Assembly: GCA_016186765.1 (NCBI GenBank)
Contig: JACPLD010000005.1
Location: 79,785 to 121,228 of the forward strand
Length of the DNA: 41,444 bases
Origin: Candidatus Kaiserbacteria bacterium
Lineage (GTDB): Bacteria; Patescibacteriota; Minisyncoccia; Phycocordibacterales; UBA2100
Direction of reading: 5' to 3'
The position numbers and the translations under genes are program-made. Positions within the stretch are counted from its first letter, which is position 1. Each line of letters opens with the position of its first letter. The notes beneath the pieces were generated by a model that did not search any database, was not told the DNA's origin, and saw only the letters and a list, made by a program, of their open reading frames with translations. Positions 8,740 to 17,740 of the stretch are shown here, in pieces.

Positions 8740-10287
8740 TTACGGCGAGAGCACAATCTGCTCGCTCTCCGAAAGACCTGAAAGTATCTCCACATTCCCG
8801 AGGCTAGAGAGCGCGCCGGTTTCGACCTCGCGCTCTTCAAGAGAATCTCCGACTTTCACGCGCACGTACTTCTTCCCACCCTGCTCGAACACGATGCCGC
8901 GGGGCACTGAAATGACGCCATCGCGAACATCCGTTGTAATAACAATATTCGCGGTCATGCCCGATTTGATGCGAGTATCGTTTTTGGCAAATTGCAGAAG
9001 AGAGCGATAGGTAGAGACACCGTCGCGCACGGTCTCCGCGGGATCGATCGAGACGACGCGAGCGGCAAACACGACGCCTTCGCCATAGGCATCGAGCGTC
9101 ACCGCAGCCTGATCGCCAAGCTCGATAAGTGCGATATTCACTTCAGGCACGAAACTTTCTATCTGGAACGTGCCGGAAGAGATCATTGAGACCTCCGAAA
9201 CACTTGCTGAAGCGATAGATCCGACCTTGAGATCCATTTTTGTTACGACTCCAGTGAAGGGAGCGCGCATGATCGTCTTACCCAGTTGCGCTCGCGCACT
9301 TGCAAGGTCAGCTTCCGCTGCTTTCACGTCCGCCTCTTGTGCAGCAATGTCACTTATGCGCGTGCCTGCCTCCTTGAGCGTCAAGTTCCGGCGCGACGTC
9401 TCGAGCGCAGAGACTGCGTTCTTCTCCGAGGTTATCGCGGAAACGAGCGCCGTGGCGGCGGCGTTTACGGCGGAGCGCGCCGCGGCGACATCGCTTTCGT
9501 ACCCGTCGATAACCGCTTGCGTATTAGTACCCGTTGGTACTGCCTTATTGAGAACGGTATTGGCATCCGTCAGCAGCAAGGCAACTTGCGAGAGGTTGTA
9601 CTGCGCCTCCGAAACCGCGCTCGGAAGCGCCGCATCGGCCGCAAGTCCCTCCACATTCTTCTGCCAGAGCGACAGCACGCTTTCCATTTCGAGTCGCGCA
9701 CGCTCGACGTTCGTCTCTAGCTGGATATCACTCACGATGAAATCAATTTGAGGATCGATGCGCGGACTATCGATAAATTGATCGAATGTGTTGCGCACAG
9801 CGTCATCGGAGGTGCTGAATGCATCTTTTACCGCTTCGACGAGCGAATTGCGCTTCTGCGCGAGTTCGGTTTCATCACTCGAAACTTCCGAGCGCGCAAC
9901 GTCCACCTCTTCGAGACGCGTTCCCTCCTTGAGGAGAGCAAGCGATGCTTGCTCACGCTCAAGCGCTGCTTGTTTTTGCAAAATACTTGCACGTAGTTCA
10001 CCATTTTCGAGCTCAGCAAGAGTCGCTCCCGCCTGCACGTTTTGCCCCACTTTTGCGTATACACCAGCGACGCGTCCGCCCTGACTAAACCCAAGATCCA
10101 CATCCTGCGCGGCGATAACCTTTCCTGAAACGGAAACTTCTTGAAGAAATTCACCGGGTGCGACAGTAAGGAGCTCTTCCTTCCCATCGCTGTTGCCATA
10201 GATGAGGGAAGCTGCCAGCGCCAGTACAATCGCAGCAGCGCCATAGAGGAGCGCGTAGGTGCGTAGGTGCGTGAGGATCATTTGCAT
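8740..10287 (-). CDS. MacA/HlyD-like membrane fusion (adaptor) protein with a very long coiled coil
   Basis: N-terminal anchor; lipoyl halves GGRVAGVYAKVGQNVQAG and IMRAPFTGVVT; IKSGMTANIVI; start 10287 inferred. Confidence 0.85.
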   Translation of the reverse strand: MQMILTHLRTYALLYGAAAIVLALAASLIYGNSDGKEELLTVAPGEFLQEVSVSGKVIAAQDVDLGFSQGGRVAGVYAKVGQNVQAGATLAELENGELRASILQKQAALEREQASLALLKEGTRLEEVDVARSEVSSDETELAQKRNSLVEAVKDAFSTSDDAVRNTFDQFIDSPRIDPQIDFIVSDIQLETNVERARLEMESVLSLWQKNVEGLAADAALPSAVSEAQYNLSQVALLLTDANTVLNKAVPTGTNTQAVIDGYESDVAAARSAVNAAATALVSAITSEKNAVSALETSRRNLTLKEAGTRISDIAAQEADVKAAEADLASARAQLGKTIMRAPFTGVVTKMDLKVGSIASASVSEVSMISSGTFQIESFVPEVNIALIELGDQAAVTLDAYGEGVVFAARVVSIDPAETVRDGVSTYRSLLQFAKNDTRIKSGMTANIVITTDVRDGVISVPRGIVFEQGGKKYVRVKVGDSLEEREVETGALSSLGNVEILSGLSESEQIVLSP

Positions 10288-10432
10288 CCGCGGCAGCATA
10301 CCCCGTGAGATACACATGAGCAACCGTTCGCTGCACTCTGGCGTTCGTTATCTCACGGGGCATAGCAGAAAGACGAAATCCGAACCAGAATACGTTAGTG
10401 GGCTGACCGTCTGGGACGACATTGGAACCTGT

Positions 10433-10975
10433 CTACGTTAGAAAATATATGAGACCAAACAAGAGTACGAGCAAAGTCAGAGACGGCACGGTATTAAAAT
10501 AAATCCACTTCCTCTCAGTTTTTCTTAACTCTTCGACACTCGCCCAGTTTCCTCTATTCCAGGATAGTCTCTTTGCGTGCCTTAAGAGAAAATACAGCGC
10601 ATAAAAATACGCAATTGTGAACGGGATTGCTACGAAAACGAAATATGTTAAGGCGGCCAAAATCCCAAGCTCGTATTTGTCAGCTATGCTGGATGCAGAG
10701 TTATTAATAAACATGGGCCGCAGGAACTGGTCGTGGACTTCAAAAAATAGATAGGTCACGATAAAGACCGTGACAATGTCATAGAGTTTTCGGCGAGGGC
10801 TTCCGAGGTAAAAGATGTTAGCGATGCCGATGGGAGCCAATGTCCATCCGCGAAGCCATCGTACATCATCAACACTTAAAGAACTCTCGTCTCTTATATT
10901 TTTACGCTCGAACCACGTAAAATCTTTACCAGTCAAAAACCGTTTTGCCTCCTCGATGCCGGATTTCATATTCAA
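10433..10975 (-). CDS. Hypothetical multi-pass membrane protein (AT-richer)
   Basis: 180-aa ORF with 3-4 hydrophobic segments; LSWNRGNWASVEEL. Confidence 0.65.
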   Translation of the reverse strand: MNMKSGIEEAKRFLTGKDFTWFERKNIRDESSLSVDDVRWLRGWTLAPIGIANIFYLGSPRRKLYDIVTVFIVTYLFFEVHDQFLRPMFINNSASSIADKYELGILAALTYFVFVAIPFTIAYFYALYFLLRHAKRLSWNRGNWASVEELRKTERKWIYFNTVPSLTLLVLLFGLIYFLT

Positions 10976-11202
10976 CGGAATTTTCGGAAAATATAAATCA
11001 TCTCAGCCATCTCCAATGCTACAACGAGGCCGATCGTGACCCGAGCATTTCCGAAAAAAATATGGTCGAGGTCGTAGAATAGAGTCAAGATATATAATGC
11101 CCCGAGAACAGCAAAAACGAGCGACTGTATGAGGATATATTGCCGCTTTGTTACTCTCACAAGTCCACCGTAGGCGTTTACTTTATTATTCTCATCTTCC
11201 AT
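10972..11202 (-). CDS. Small two-TM hypothetical protein, likely start MEDENN
   Basis: Two hydrophobic helices; stop overlaps the next start by 4 nt; the longer ORF call runs into the tRNA. Confidence 0.55.
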   Translation of the reverse strand: MEDENNKVNAYGGLVRVTKRQYILIQSLVFAVLGALYILTLFYDLDHIFFGNARVTIGLVVALEMAEMIYIFRKFR

Positions 11203-11238
11203 GCCAAAGACATTAGCACAACGCGATAAATCCTCGTA

Positions 11239-11310
11239 CTGCGGGGCTTGGACTCGAACCAAGATTTTCGCGTCCAGAGCGCGACGTGACTACCATTGCA
11301 CCACCCCGCA
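11239..11310 (-). tRNA. tRNA-Gln(CTG), CCA not encoded
   Basis: Cloverleaf TGCGGGG...CCCCGCA-G; anticodon arm TCGCG-CTCTGGA-CGCGA; T-loop TTCGAGT. Confidence 0.93.
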
Positions 11311-11313
11311 AAA

Positions 11314-11592
11314 TCAATACTCTCTAAATTCCAAAAGCTTGACGGCTCTCACCACCTGTTCCTTCTTTGAAATCTGGACTCTCAAAGAATCGTGATGTGG
11401 AGAAAGTCCTAACATTTTAAGTAATTTCACAACGTTTTTCAACATTGATTGATTCTTGTTTGAAAATGACAATTTGTACGTATACGTAGGTTTGTGAACG
11501 GAGTTCGATCCTTCTGCCTCACATAAGCCGCGCAAATAGCGAATAATGAAAGTTTTGTCCCTTAAGACCCATCTCGGAATGACCGACTCCAC
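11314..11592 (-). CDS. Single-motif or truncated LAGLIDADG-like endonuclease domain, possibly a remnant
   Basis: IPRWV...YLRGLCEAEGS...LSFSNKNQSML..V.KLLKMLG pattern; in-frame TAG 14 codons upstream of the GTG. Confidence 0.65.
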   Translation of the reverse strand: MESVIPRWVLRDKTFIIRYLRGLCEAEGSNSVHKPTYTYKLSFSNKNQSMLKNVVKLLKMLGLSPHHDSLRVQISKKEQVVRAVKLLEFREY

Positions 11593-11688
11593 ATTTTTCC
11601 GCGATCCGATTGGGATAGCATCATCTCTCTACCATTAGATGATTGCGCGTGCACGGTTGCTTGATACAATGTCCGGCAAATCAGCAAT

Positions 11689-12231
11689 ATGGCGCCCCGC
11701 GATCGTCGTGCGCTTATAGAAAAGATCCCCCACTCGGAGATGGTCTATCCTGATTCATTTCTTCACCGCATCAAGTACTATTTCTGGTACTACTACACGC
11801 CATATCATCCGACGGTTCGCGACAGCGTGATCGCGCTCTCTCTTATCAAAAACCGCGGCCGCCAGCCCTTTCTCCTCGGCTCGGTGGCACCCCATCTTTC
11901 CATCGAGGAATTTGTCGCATACCTCATCGAGAACGGCTATGCCTATCATCGCGTCGCGTGGGAAGACGACGGAGAGGTGGTAAGTCTGCGTCTCGTGAAT
12001 GATTTCGTTTTCCAATATCACGTTCGCGTTTTCGAAGATCGGGAAGTCCGCGGACACTATGAATATACGCCGGAGTGCTATCCTCTCTGGCATCTGTGGG
12101 ATGTTGGTCGCGAGGATCGGCGTGAGGAATTCCTAGCCCTCCTTGGCGAGCGGGTCATACCGCACAGCTCCGGCGATCAATCTGATTATCAATGGGAATT
12201 TCTTCCACTGAAGAGACGCCTGTGGGAGTAA
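11689..12231 (+). CDS. Hypothetical protein
   Basis: 180-aa aromatic-rich ORF with TACAAT upstream; 3' end overlaps capA-like gene. Confidence 0.7.
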   Translation: MAPRDRRALIEKIPHSEMVYPDSFLHRIKYYFWYYYTPYHPTVRDSVIALSLIKNRGRQPFLLGSVAPHLSIEEFVAYLIENGYAYHRVAWEDDGEVVSLRLVNDFVFQYHVRVFEDREVRGHYEYTPECYPLWHLWDVGREDRREEFLALLGERVIPHSSGDQSDYQWEFLPLKRRLWE

Positions 12232-13096
12232 ATTCGACGCGCAGCAGAAGTCCTCGGCGCACGCTTTTATTCCAGTACTGATCGAAAATGAAGTTGCCGA
12301 GCGAGTAATAGATGTGTGCGCCTCTGTAGAGTTCCTTCTCTTGCACGATGTGTGGGTGAGAACCAACGACGATATTCGCCCCCGCATCGACAAATTGCCG
12401 CGCGAGAATTTTCACACGTTCCGGCGGAGAGGCATATTCATCGCCCCAATGCGCGTAGACAACGACCACGCGTCCAGCTCCTTGCTCCTCACGAATTGCC
12501 GCGAGAGCTGATGAAGAACTGTGTCCGCCGAATTCGTTGTATCCGATAAACGAGAGAGGCACACTGTGCACTGTGGTGCGGTATATCACATCACTACCAG
12601 AAATATCGCCGAAAGAGTGCACACCCCTTTCGTCGAGCCACGCCAACGTTTGTTGAAGACCCTCGCGCCCGAAATTCAGGATGTGATTGTTGCCGATGTT
12701 TACCAGCCGAATGTTGTGGCGGATGAGCAATGCCGCAGTCGAAGTTGGGAACGTAAACGTGAAATTACCCTCTTCGCCGATCTTTGACACGACGCTCTTT
12801 GATGAATAGGTGGTAATGGGTCCCTCAAGATTCGCCACAACGAGATCCGCACTCTTAAGTAGTTCGCTGATGCACGAAAGGACGTAATCTTCTCCCTGCT
12901 GCTCCATCGTCGTTCGGATTGACCGATCGAACATCATGTCGCCACCAAAAATAATTGATGCCCGCGGCTCCGGCGAGAGCGTTGGCGTGTACGCAATCGA
13001 CCTAACGTACGTTGTTGTGTCCGAGACTGGCAACATCAACAGCCACGAAGCTGCAATGATAGCCACTGCACCTGCTGCGTATTGCAGCTGTTTCAT
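12155..13096 (-). CDS. CapA/PGA_cap-family metallophosphoesterase-like protein
   Basis: FGGDMMFDR, ANLEGP, IGNNH, YAHWGDE, VGSHPH, YSLGNFIFDQ. Confidence 0.9.
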   Translation of the reverse strand: MKQLQYAAGAVAIIAASWLLMLPVSDTTTYVRSIAYTPTLSPEPRASIIFGGDMMFDRSIRTTMEQQGEDYVLSCISELLKSADLVVANLEGPITTYSSKSVVSKIGEEGNFTFTFPTSTAALLIRHNIRLVNIGNNHILNFGREGLQQTLAWLDERGVHSFGDISGSDVIYRTTVHSVPLSFIGYNEFGGHSSSSALAAIREEQGAGRVVVVYAHWGDEYASPPERVKILARQFVDAGANIVVGSHPHIVQEKELYRGAHIYYSLGNFIFDQYWNKSVRRGLLLRVEFTPTGVSSVEEIPIDNQIDRRSCAV

Positions 13097-13111
13097 CCCG
13101 CCACTCTACAT

Positions 13112-14158
13112 TTATTCAGTGATGCCGGAAAGTGAGTGCGGTTTTCCTTCCATGATTGAAGCGTTCGTGATGCGGATGAACTTCGCCCTCGCGTGAAAAC
13201 GCTCAAGCGTGCGTGCGCCGACGTATCCCATCCCCACCTGAACGCCCGAAACAAGGTCCGCGACCACCTCCGCGACAGGGCCCTTGTGCAAAACGAGCGC
13301 TTCGACGCCCTCGGGTACAGCCTTACGCCCGTGCGTAAAGTAGCGCTCCTTCCCCGCGGCGCTTTCGATCACCGATTTCGAACCCATACCGCGATACTCT
13401 TTGAATTTCTTCCCATCTTTTTCAACGATCTTTCCCGGCGTCTCGTCGGTGCCAGCAAAAATATTGCCGAGCATCACCGCGGAGGCTCCTGCGGCGAGCG
13501 CCTTTGCGATGTCTCCCGATGTGCGTATGCCACCATCTGCAATGACGGGTACTTTCTTCTTGTGAGCAACAGAAACGACGTCGAGAACTGCAGAAAGCTG
13601 TGGCACGCCGACACCTGAAATGATTCGCGTCGTGCAAATAGAGCCCGGTCCGACGCCGACCTTGACCGCATCGACAAATGCGCAGGCGGCTTTCGCGGCC
13701 TCTTTCGTTGCGATGTTGCCGAATATCATCTTGGCATACTTCAGACCCTGTTTGATCTTCTTTGCACTCTCGACGACGTTCAAGTTATGGCCGTGCGCGC
13801 AGTCGATCACAATCACGTCCACTCCCGCTTCATCGAGCGCCTTCGCGCGATCGGCTGCAAACGGCCCGCAAGCCGCCGCAATACGCACGCCAGTCTTCTT
13901 CACCTCTTTTACCATCTTTACCTGCTCCTCTATAGAAAGGTTGCGGTGCAAGACGCCGAGGCCCCCGAGTTTCCCGAGCGCGATCGCCATCTCAACCTCG
14001 GTCACGCGATCCATCGCAGCAGAAAGGAACGGGACTTTGAGGTCAATCCCGCACAGTGTCGTTTGGAGAGAAGCTTCCGCAGGTTCCATCCGGCTTTCGT
14101 TCGGGACGATAAGCACGTCGTCGAAGGTGAAACCCCGCTCTAAGATTTTAGCAACCAT
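13112..14158 (-). CDS. guaB: IMP dehydrogenase lacking the CBS subdomain (GMP reductase not excluded)
   Basis: [26 protein letters not shown], catalytic loop [23 protein letters not shown]. Confidence 0.88.
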   Translation of the reverse strand: MVAKILERGFTFDDVLIVPNESRMEPAEASLQTTLCGIDLKVPFLSAAMDRVTEVEMAIALGKLGGLGVLHRNLSIEEQVKMVKEVKKTGVRIAAACGPFAADRAKALDEAGVDVIVIDCAHGHNLNVVESAKKIKQGLKYAKMIFGNIATKEAAKAACAFVDAVKVGVGPGSICTTRIISGVGVPQLSAVLDVVSVAHKKKVPVIADGGIRTSGDIAKALAAGASAVMLGNIFAGTDETPGKIVEKDGKKFKEYRGMGSKSVIESAAGKERYFTHGRKAVPEGVEALVLHKGPVAEVVADLVSGVQVGMGYVGARTLERFHARAKFIRITNASIMEGKPHSLSGITE

Positions 14159-14183
14159 GATTCATGCTACTTGCGCATGAATC
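14159..14183. promoter_or_regulatory. 9-bp inverted repeat abutting the guaB start
   Basis: GATTCATGC-N7-GCATGAATC. Confidence 0.4.
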
Positions 14184-14204
14184 GAAGTCAAGCTGAAAGA
14201 ACGC

Positions 14205-15866
14205 TCACACCTTGCTCTTGTGTCCGAGTGCTGCTTTGACGAATGTACTGAACAAAGGATGCGGCGAGAGAGGACGGGCCTTCATTTCGGGATGAAATTG
14301 CGTGCCCAGCATGAAGGGGTGCTCTTTTTTTGGAAGCTCCGCGATCTCCATCAAGCGTCGATCGGGCGAGACGCCCGAGAATACCATACCCGCTTTTGTG
14401 AGACGCTCGATGTACTCGGGATTCACCTCGTAGCGGTGGCGGTGTCGCTCTGAGATCGATTCCTTTTCGTACACCTCGCGCGCAATCGTCCCCTCCACGA
14501 GATCGCACGGATATGCGCCGAGCCGCATCGAGCCGCCATAATCCTTCTTTTCGAGTTTCTCCACCTGCTCCGGCAAAATCATGATGACGGGATGTGGCGT
14601 CTTCGGATTGATCTCGGTCGTGTGTGCATCTTTTAAATTCGCGACGTTCCTCGCATACTCGACTGTCATCAACTGCATACCATAGCAGAGACCGAAATAT
14701 GGAATCTTGTTTTCGCGCGCGAATTTTATTGCGGCGATCTTCCCCTCGATCCCTGTCTCGCCAAATCCGCCCGGCACAAGAATGCCATCATAGTCGCCAA
14801 GCTCAGACACGGATTCGGGATTTGCTTCATAGTGTTTTGCGTTCAGCCAGTGAATTTCGGCCTTCGCGTCGTTTTGGTAGGCAGAGAATTTAATCGCTTC
14901 GATGACAGAAATGTAGGCATCCGAGAGGACGAAATCGCCTGTGTCGAAGTACTTACCGACAATGCCGATTTTCACCTGTTTTCCTCCATTTCGCGCTTTT
15001 TCGGCAAACTCTTTCCATATCGAGAGATCGGCCTGCGGCTTTTCTTCATATCCGAGCGACTCGAGGAGGATGCTGGAGAGCTTATCGCGCTCGAAATTCA
15101 GGGAAACGTCGTAGATGCTCTCCACGTCTGGTGCCGAGATGATCATGTCGGGACGCACATTGCAGCTGATCGCGAGTTTTTCCTTGCGCTTCCGGTCCAA
15201 TGGATGCGCGGCTCGCGCGATGATGACGTCGGGCTGCACGCCGTAGGAGTTGAGGAGGCGTACGGCATTCTGCGTCGGCTTCGTTTTCATCTCTCCCAAG
15301 GTTCCGGGCACCGGCAAATACGAAACCATGACAAAGAGCACATCGTCGGGGGAAAGGAGGTGTATCACACGCGCCGCGTCCATGTAGAGTGCGTTCTGAA
15401 AATCGCCGACCGTGCCGCCAATCTCGACAACCGAAATGTCAGAGTTGCTCACGTCTGCGGCGCGTCTCAGACGCTCGATCACTTCGTCGCGCACGTGTGG
15501 GATTGTCTCTACACATTTCCCTCCGTAGCCGAGGTTGCGCTCACGCGCTATGACAGATGCGTACACCATGCCACTCGTCATGTAGTCGTCGGGCCCGAGA
15601 TCGCGCCCCAAAAAGCGCTCGTAGTTACCCATATCCTGATCGGTCTCGAGTCCACTGTCCAAAACAAATACTTCCCCATGCTCGATGGGGTTCATGGTTC
15701 CCGCATCCACGTTGAGATACGGGTCGATCTTCACGAGGTTCACCGAGATACCGCGCGCGGTGAGAAGCTTTCCTATCGAGGCTGTGGCAATGCCTTTGCC
15801 GACTCCAGACATTACCCCGCCGACAACAAAAATATACTTATGGCCGCTTAGCGCACGCCGCTTCAT
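14205..15866 (-). CDS. pyrG: CTP synthase
   Basis: GGVMSGVGKG, KIDPYLNVDAGTM, KTKPTQ, GLCYG, ERHRHRYE, QFHPE. Confidence 0.97.
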   Translation of the reverse strand: MKRRALSGHKYIFVVGGVMSGVGKGIATASIGKLLTARGISVNLVKIDPYLNVDAGTMNPIEHGEVFVLDSGLETDQDMGNYERFLGRDLGPDDYMTSGMVYASVIARERNLGYGGKCVETIPHVRDEVIERLRRAADVSNSDISVVEIGGTVGDFQNALYMDAARVIHLLSPDDVLFVMVSYLPVPGTLGEMKTKPTQNAVRLLNSYGVQPDVIIARAAHPLDRKRKEKLAISCNVRPDMIISAPDVESIYDVSLNFERDKLSSILLESLGYEEKPQADLSIWKEFAEKARNGGKQVKIGIVGKYFDTGDFVLSDAYISVIEAIKFSAYQNDAKAEIHWLNAKHYEANPESVSELGDYDGILVPGGFGETGIEGKIAAIKFARENKIPYFGLCYGMQLMTVEYARNVANLKDAHTTEINPKTPHPVIMILPEQVEKLEKKDYGGSMRLGAYPCDLVEGTIAREVYEKESISERHRHRYEVNPEYIERLTKAGMVFSGVSPDRRLMEIAELPKKEHPFMLGTQFHPEMKARPLSPHPLFSTFVKAALGHKSKV

Positions 15867-15936
15867 CGGGCTCCATCATAACATATAATCCGCAGGTGGC
15901 AGCGGGAGCGTTTAATACGACATCTCCAAGCGCACT

Positions 15937-16863
15937 CTACGTATGCAAGTAGCGTCGGACTGCCAAGTACGAAGAGAGGGCACCGAGGCCGATGCCAGAG
16001 CCCATCACGACGAGAAAGATAAGTGGGAACGAGCCGATGAAGTAGCTAAAGACATTGAATGAGCCAAAAAAGCGCTCGCTTCCCGGCCCCAGGGAGAGCG
16101 TGACGGGATAGAGAAGAAGAAGCACCACAAGGCTGCTCACGAGTCCATACAGAATGCCCGTTATCATAAAGGGGCCCCGCACGTACCAGCGCGAGGCGCC
16201 GACGATATTCATGACACCGATCTCGTCGCGAGCGGTATAGATCGCGAGGCGCACGGTGTTGAAGGCGATAAGAACGGTCGCAAGACCAAGAACGAACGAT
16301 ATGGCAATGCCGAGCCGGCGGGATGTTTCGATAATGTTCGTAAGACGATCGATCGCCGTCTTGTTCTGATAGAAATTTACCTTGTCGATCGCGCTTGAGA
16401 GCTCGCTGCCTTCTTGCATAGCTTCGAGCGAGCGTGCGATCGATTCATACTGACTCGTTTCCTTTGCGCGTATCTCGAGCGAAGCCCCCAAGGGATTTTC
16501 GCCGAGCTCGTCGAGAGCTTGGAGGGTGAGCTGATCGTTCTTGTGCCGCTCGCGGAATATCGCTAGCGCCTCCTCGCGACTCACGTAGGTGACGATCGCA
16601 ACTTCGGGGAGCGATTCGAGCGATCGTTGCACTTCGCGAATCTGCTCTTCGCTCGCGGTCGTGGTGAAATAGACGGTTACGTCAACTTTCTCGGTGAGTT
16701 GCTGTAGCGTCGAACTAAGTGCCGCACCCAAAATGAGAAGCCCGGCAACGACAAAGAGTGTGATGGTCATGATAAGAACTGCTGCGAGCGAGACGAACCC
16801 GTTACGCACAAATCCGATGAGGCCATATCGCGCGACCCGCTTCATGTTGACCCATGTGCTCAT
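15937..16863 (-). CDS. ftsX: Cell-division permease FtsX
   Basis: Four-TM layout, FNTVRLAIYTARDEIGVMNIVGA, downstream of ftsE. Confidence 0.92.
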   Translation of the reverse strand: MSTWVNMKRVARYGLIGFVRNGFVSLAAVLIMTITLFVVAGLLILGAALSSTLQQLTEKVDVTVYFTTTASEEQIREVQRSLESLPEVAIVTYVSREEALAIFRERHKNDQLTLQALDELGENPLGASLEIRAKETSQYESIARSLEAMQEGSELSSAIDKVNFYQNKTAIDRLTNIIETSRRLGIAISFVLGLATVLIAFNTVRLAIYTARDEIGVMNIVGASRWYVRGPFMITGILYGLVSSLVVLLLLYPVTLSLGPGSERFFGSFNVFSYFIGSFPLIFLVVMGSGIGLGALSSYLAVRRYLHT

Positions 16864-16867
16864 AGGA

Positions 16868-16972
16868 ACTAGGTATTAGGTGATAGGTATTAGGTGTTAG
16901 ATAAAATCAGAGAATTCCAAGCCTCCCGCTTTGTAGTAACTATAACCTAGAACCTTACACCTAGGACCTATC
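16868..16972. repeat. Inverted pair of heptamer tandem arrays in the ftsE-ftsX spacer
   Basis: 5 x NNTAGGT-like (16868-16902) and 5 x ACCTANN-like (16938-16972). Confidence 0.85.
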
Positions 16973-17651
16973 ATAGAACGTATTTGCCCTGCTTGTCGTC
17001 ACGCACGATACGTCCTTGATCCATCACGACAACACGTCGCCCCACTGAATCGACGACACTCTTGTTATGCGTTGCGAGAAAAACAGTCGTGCCGAGATCA
17101 TTGATCTTCTTCAGGATTTCCACCACGTCGTGCGTATTAATGGGATCGAGGTTGCCTGTCGGCTCGTCGGCAATCAAGACGTCGGGCTGGTTGACGATAG
17201 CACGCGCGATCGCGACCCGCTGCTGCTCGCCACCGGAAAGCTGCGAGGGGAAGCTCCACATCTTCTCGGGAAGCCCCACGAGCTCTAAGACATGCGGCAC
17301 ATCCGCAGCGATATCGTCTTCTGATTTGCCGGCAACCTCGAGCGCGAAAGCAATGTTTTCATACACGGTTTTCGTCGGGAGGAGGCGAAAATCCTGAAAA
17401 ATAGTCCCGATGTTGCGCCGCAGATCGCGCAACTCCTTGCCGCTCATCAACTTGATCTCGCGGGAGCCGAAGTACACGGCGCCCTCCGTGGGCTGTACTT
17501 CGGCGAAGAGCATTTTGAGGAGCGTCGATTTCCCAGCGCCCGAATGACCCACAATGGATACAAACTCCCCCGGATCTATCCCGAGCGTGATGTCTTGGAC
17601 GGCTGCCTGGCCACCGCTGTAGATCTTCGTTACTTTATCGTAGTAAATCAT
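16971..17651 (-). CDS. ftsE: Cell-division ATP-binding protein FtsE
   Basis: [42 protein letters not shown]; start MIYYDKV. Confidence 0.93.
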   Translation of the reverse strand: MIYYDKVTKIYSGGQAAVQDITLGIDPGEFVSIVGHSGAGKSTLLKMLFAEVQPTEGAVYFGSREIKLMSGKELRDLRRNIGTIFQDFRLLPTKTVYENIAFALEVAGKSEDDIAADVPHVLELVGLPEKMWSFPSQLSGGEQQRVAIARAIVNQPDVLIADEPTGNLDPINTHDVVEILKKINDLGTTVFLATHNKSVVDSVGRRVVVMDQGRIVRDDKQGKYVL

Positions 17652-17713
17652 ACAGAAAAGTATCGTGTATGGAGTATCGTGTATGGAGTATAAAAACCGG
17701 AACCTTCGGACAT
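17648..17713 (-). CDS. Putative 21-codon uORF coupled to ftsE
   Basis: TATAAT 7 nt upstream of ATG; MSEGSGFYTPYTILHTRYFSV; TGA overlaps ftsE ATG (ATGA). Confidence 0.35.
   Translation of the reverse strand: MSEGSGFYTPYTILHTRYFSV
17659..17693. repeat. Heptamer array (AGTATCG/TGTATGG alternating)
   Basis: agtatcg tgtatgg agtatcg tgtatgg agtataa. Confidence 0.8.
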
Positions 17714-17740
17714 CCAAAGTATTATATCGCGACGTCCCGA

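Noticed and set aside
10305-10320. CTCAT-N6-CTCAC as a third OmpR box before the macA-like gene
   Set aside because: Two mismatches, and it overlaps an ordinary TTGCTC-N17-TATGCT promoter
10370-10400. CGAACCA near 10381 as an att duplicate of tRNA-Gln
   Set aside because: Only about 7 nt match and no integrase
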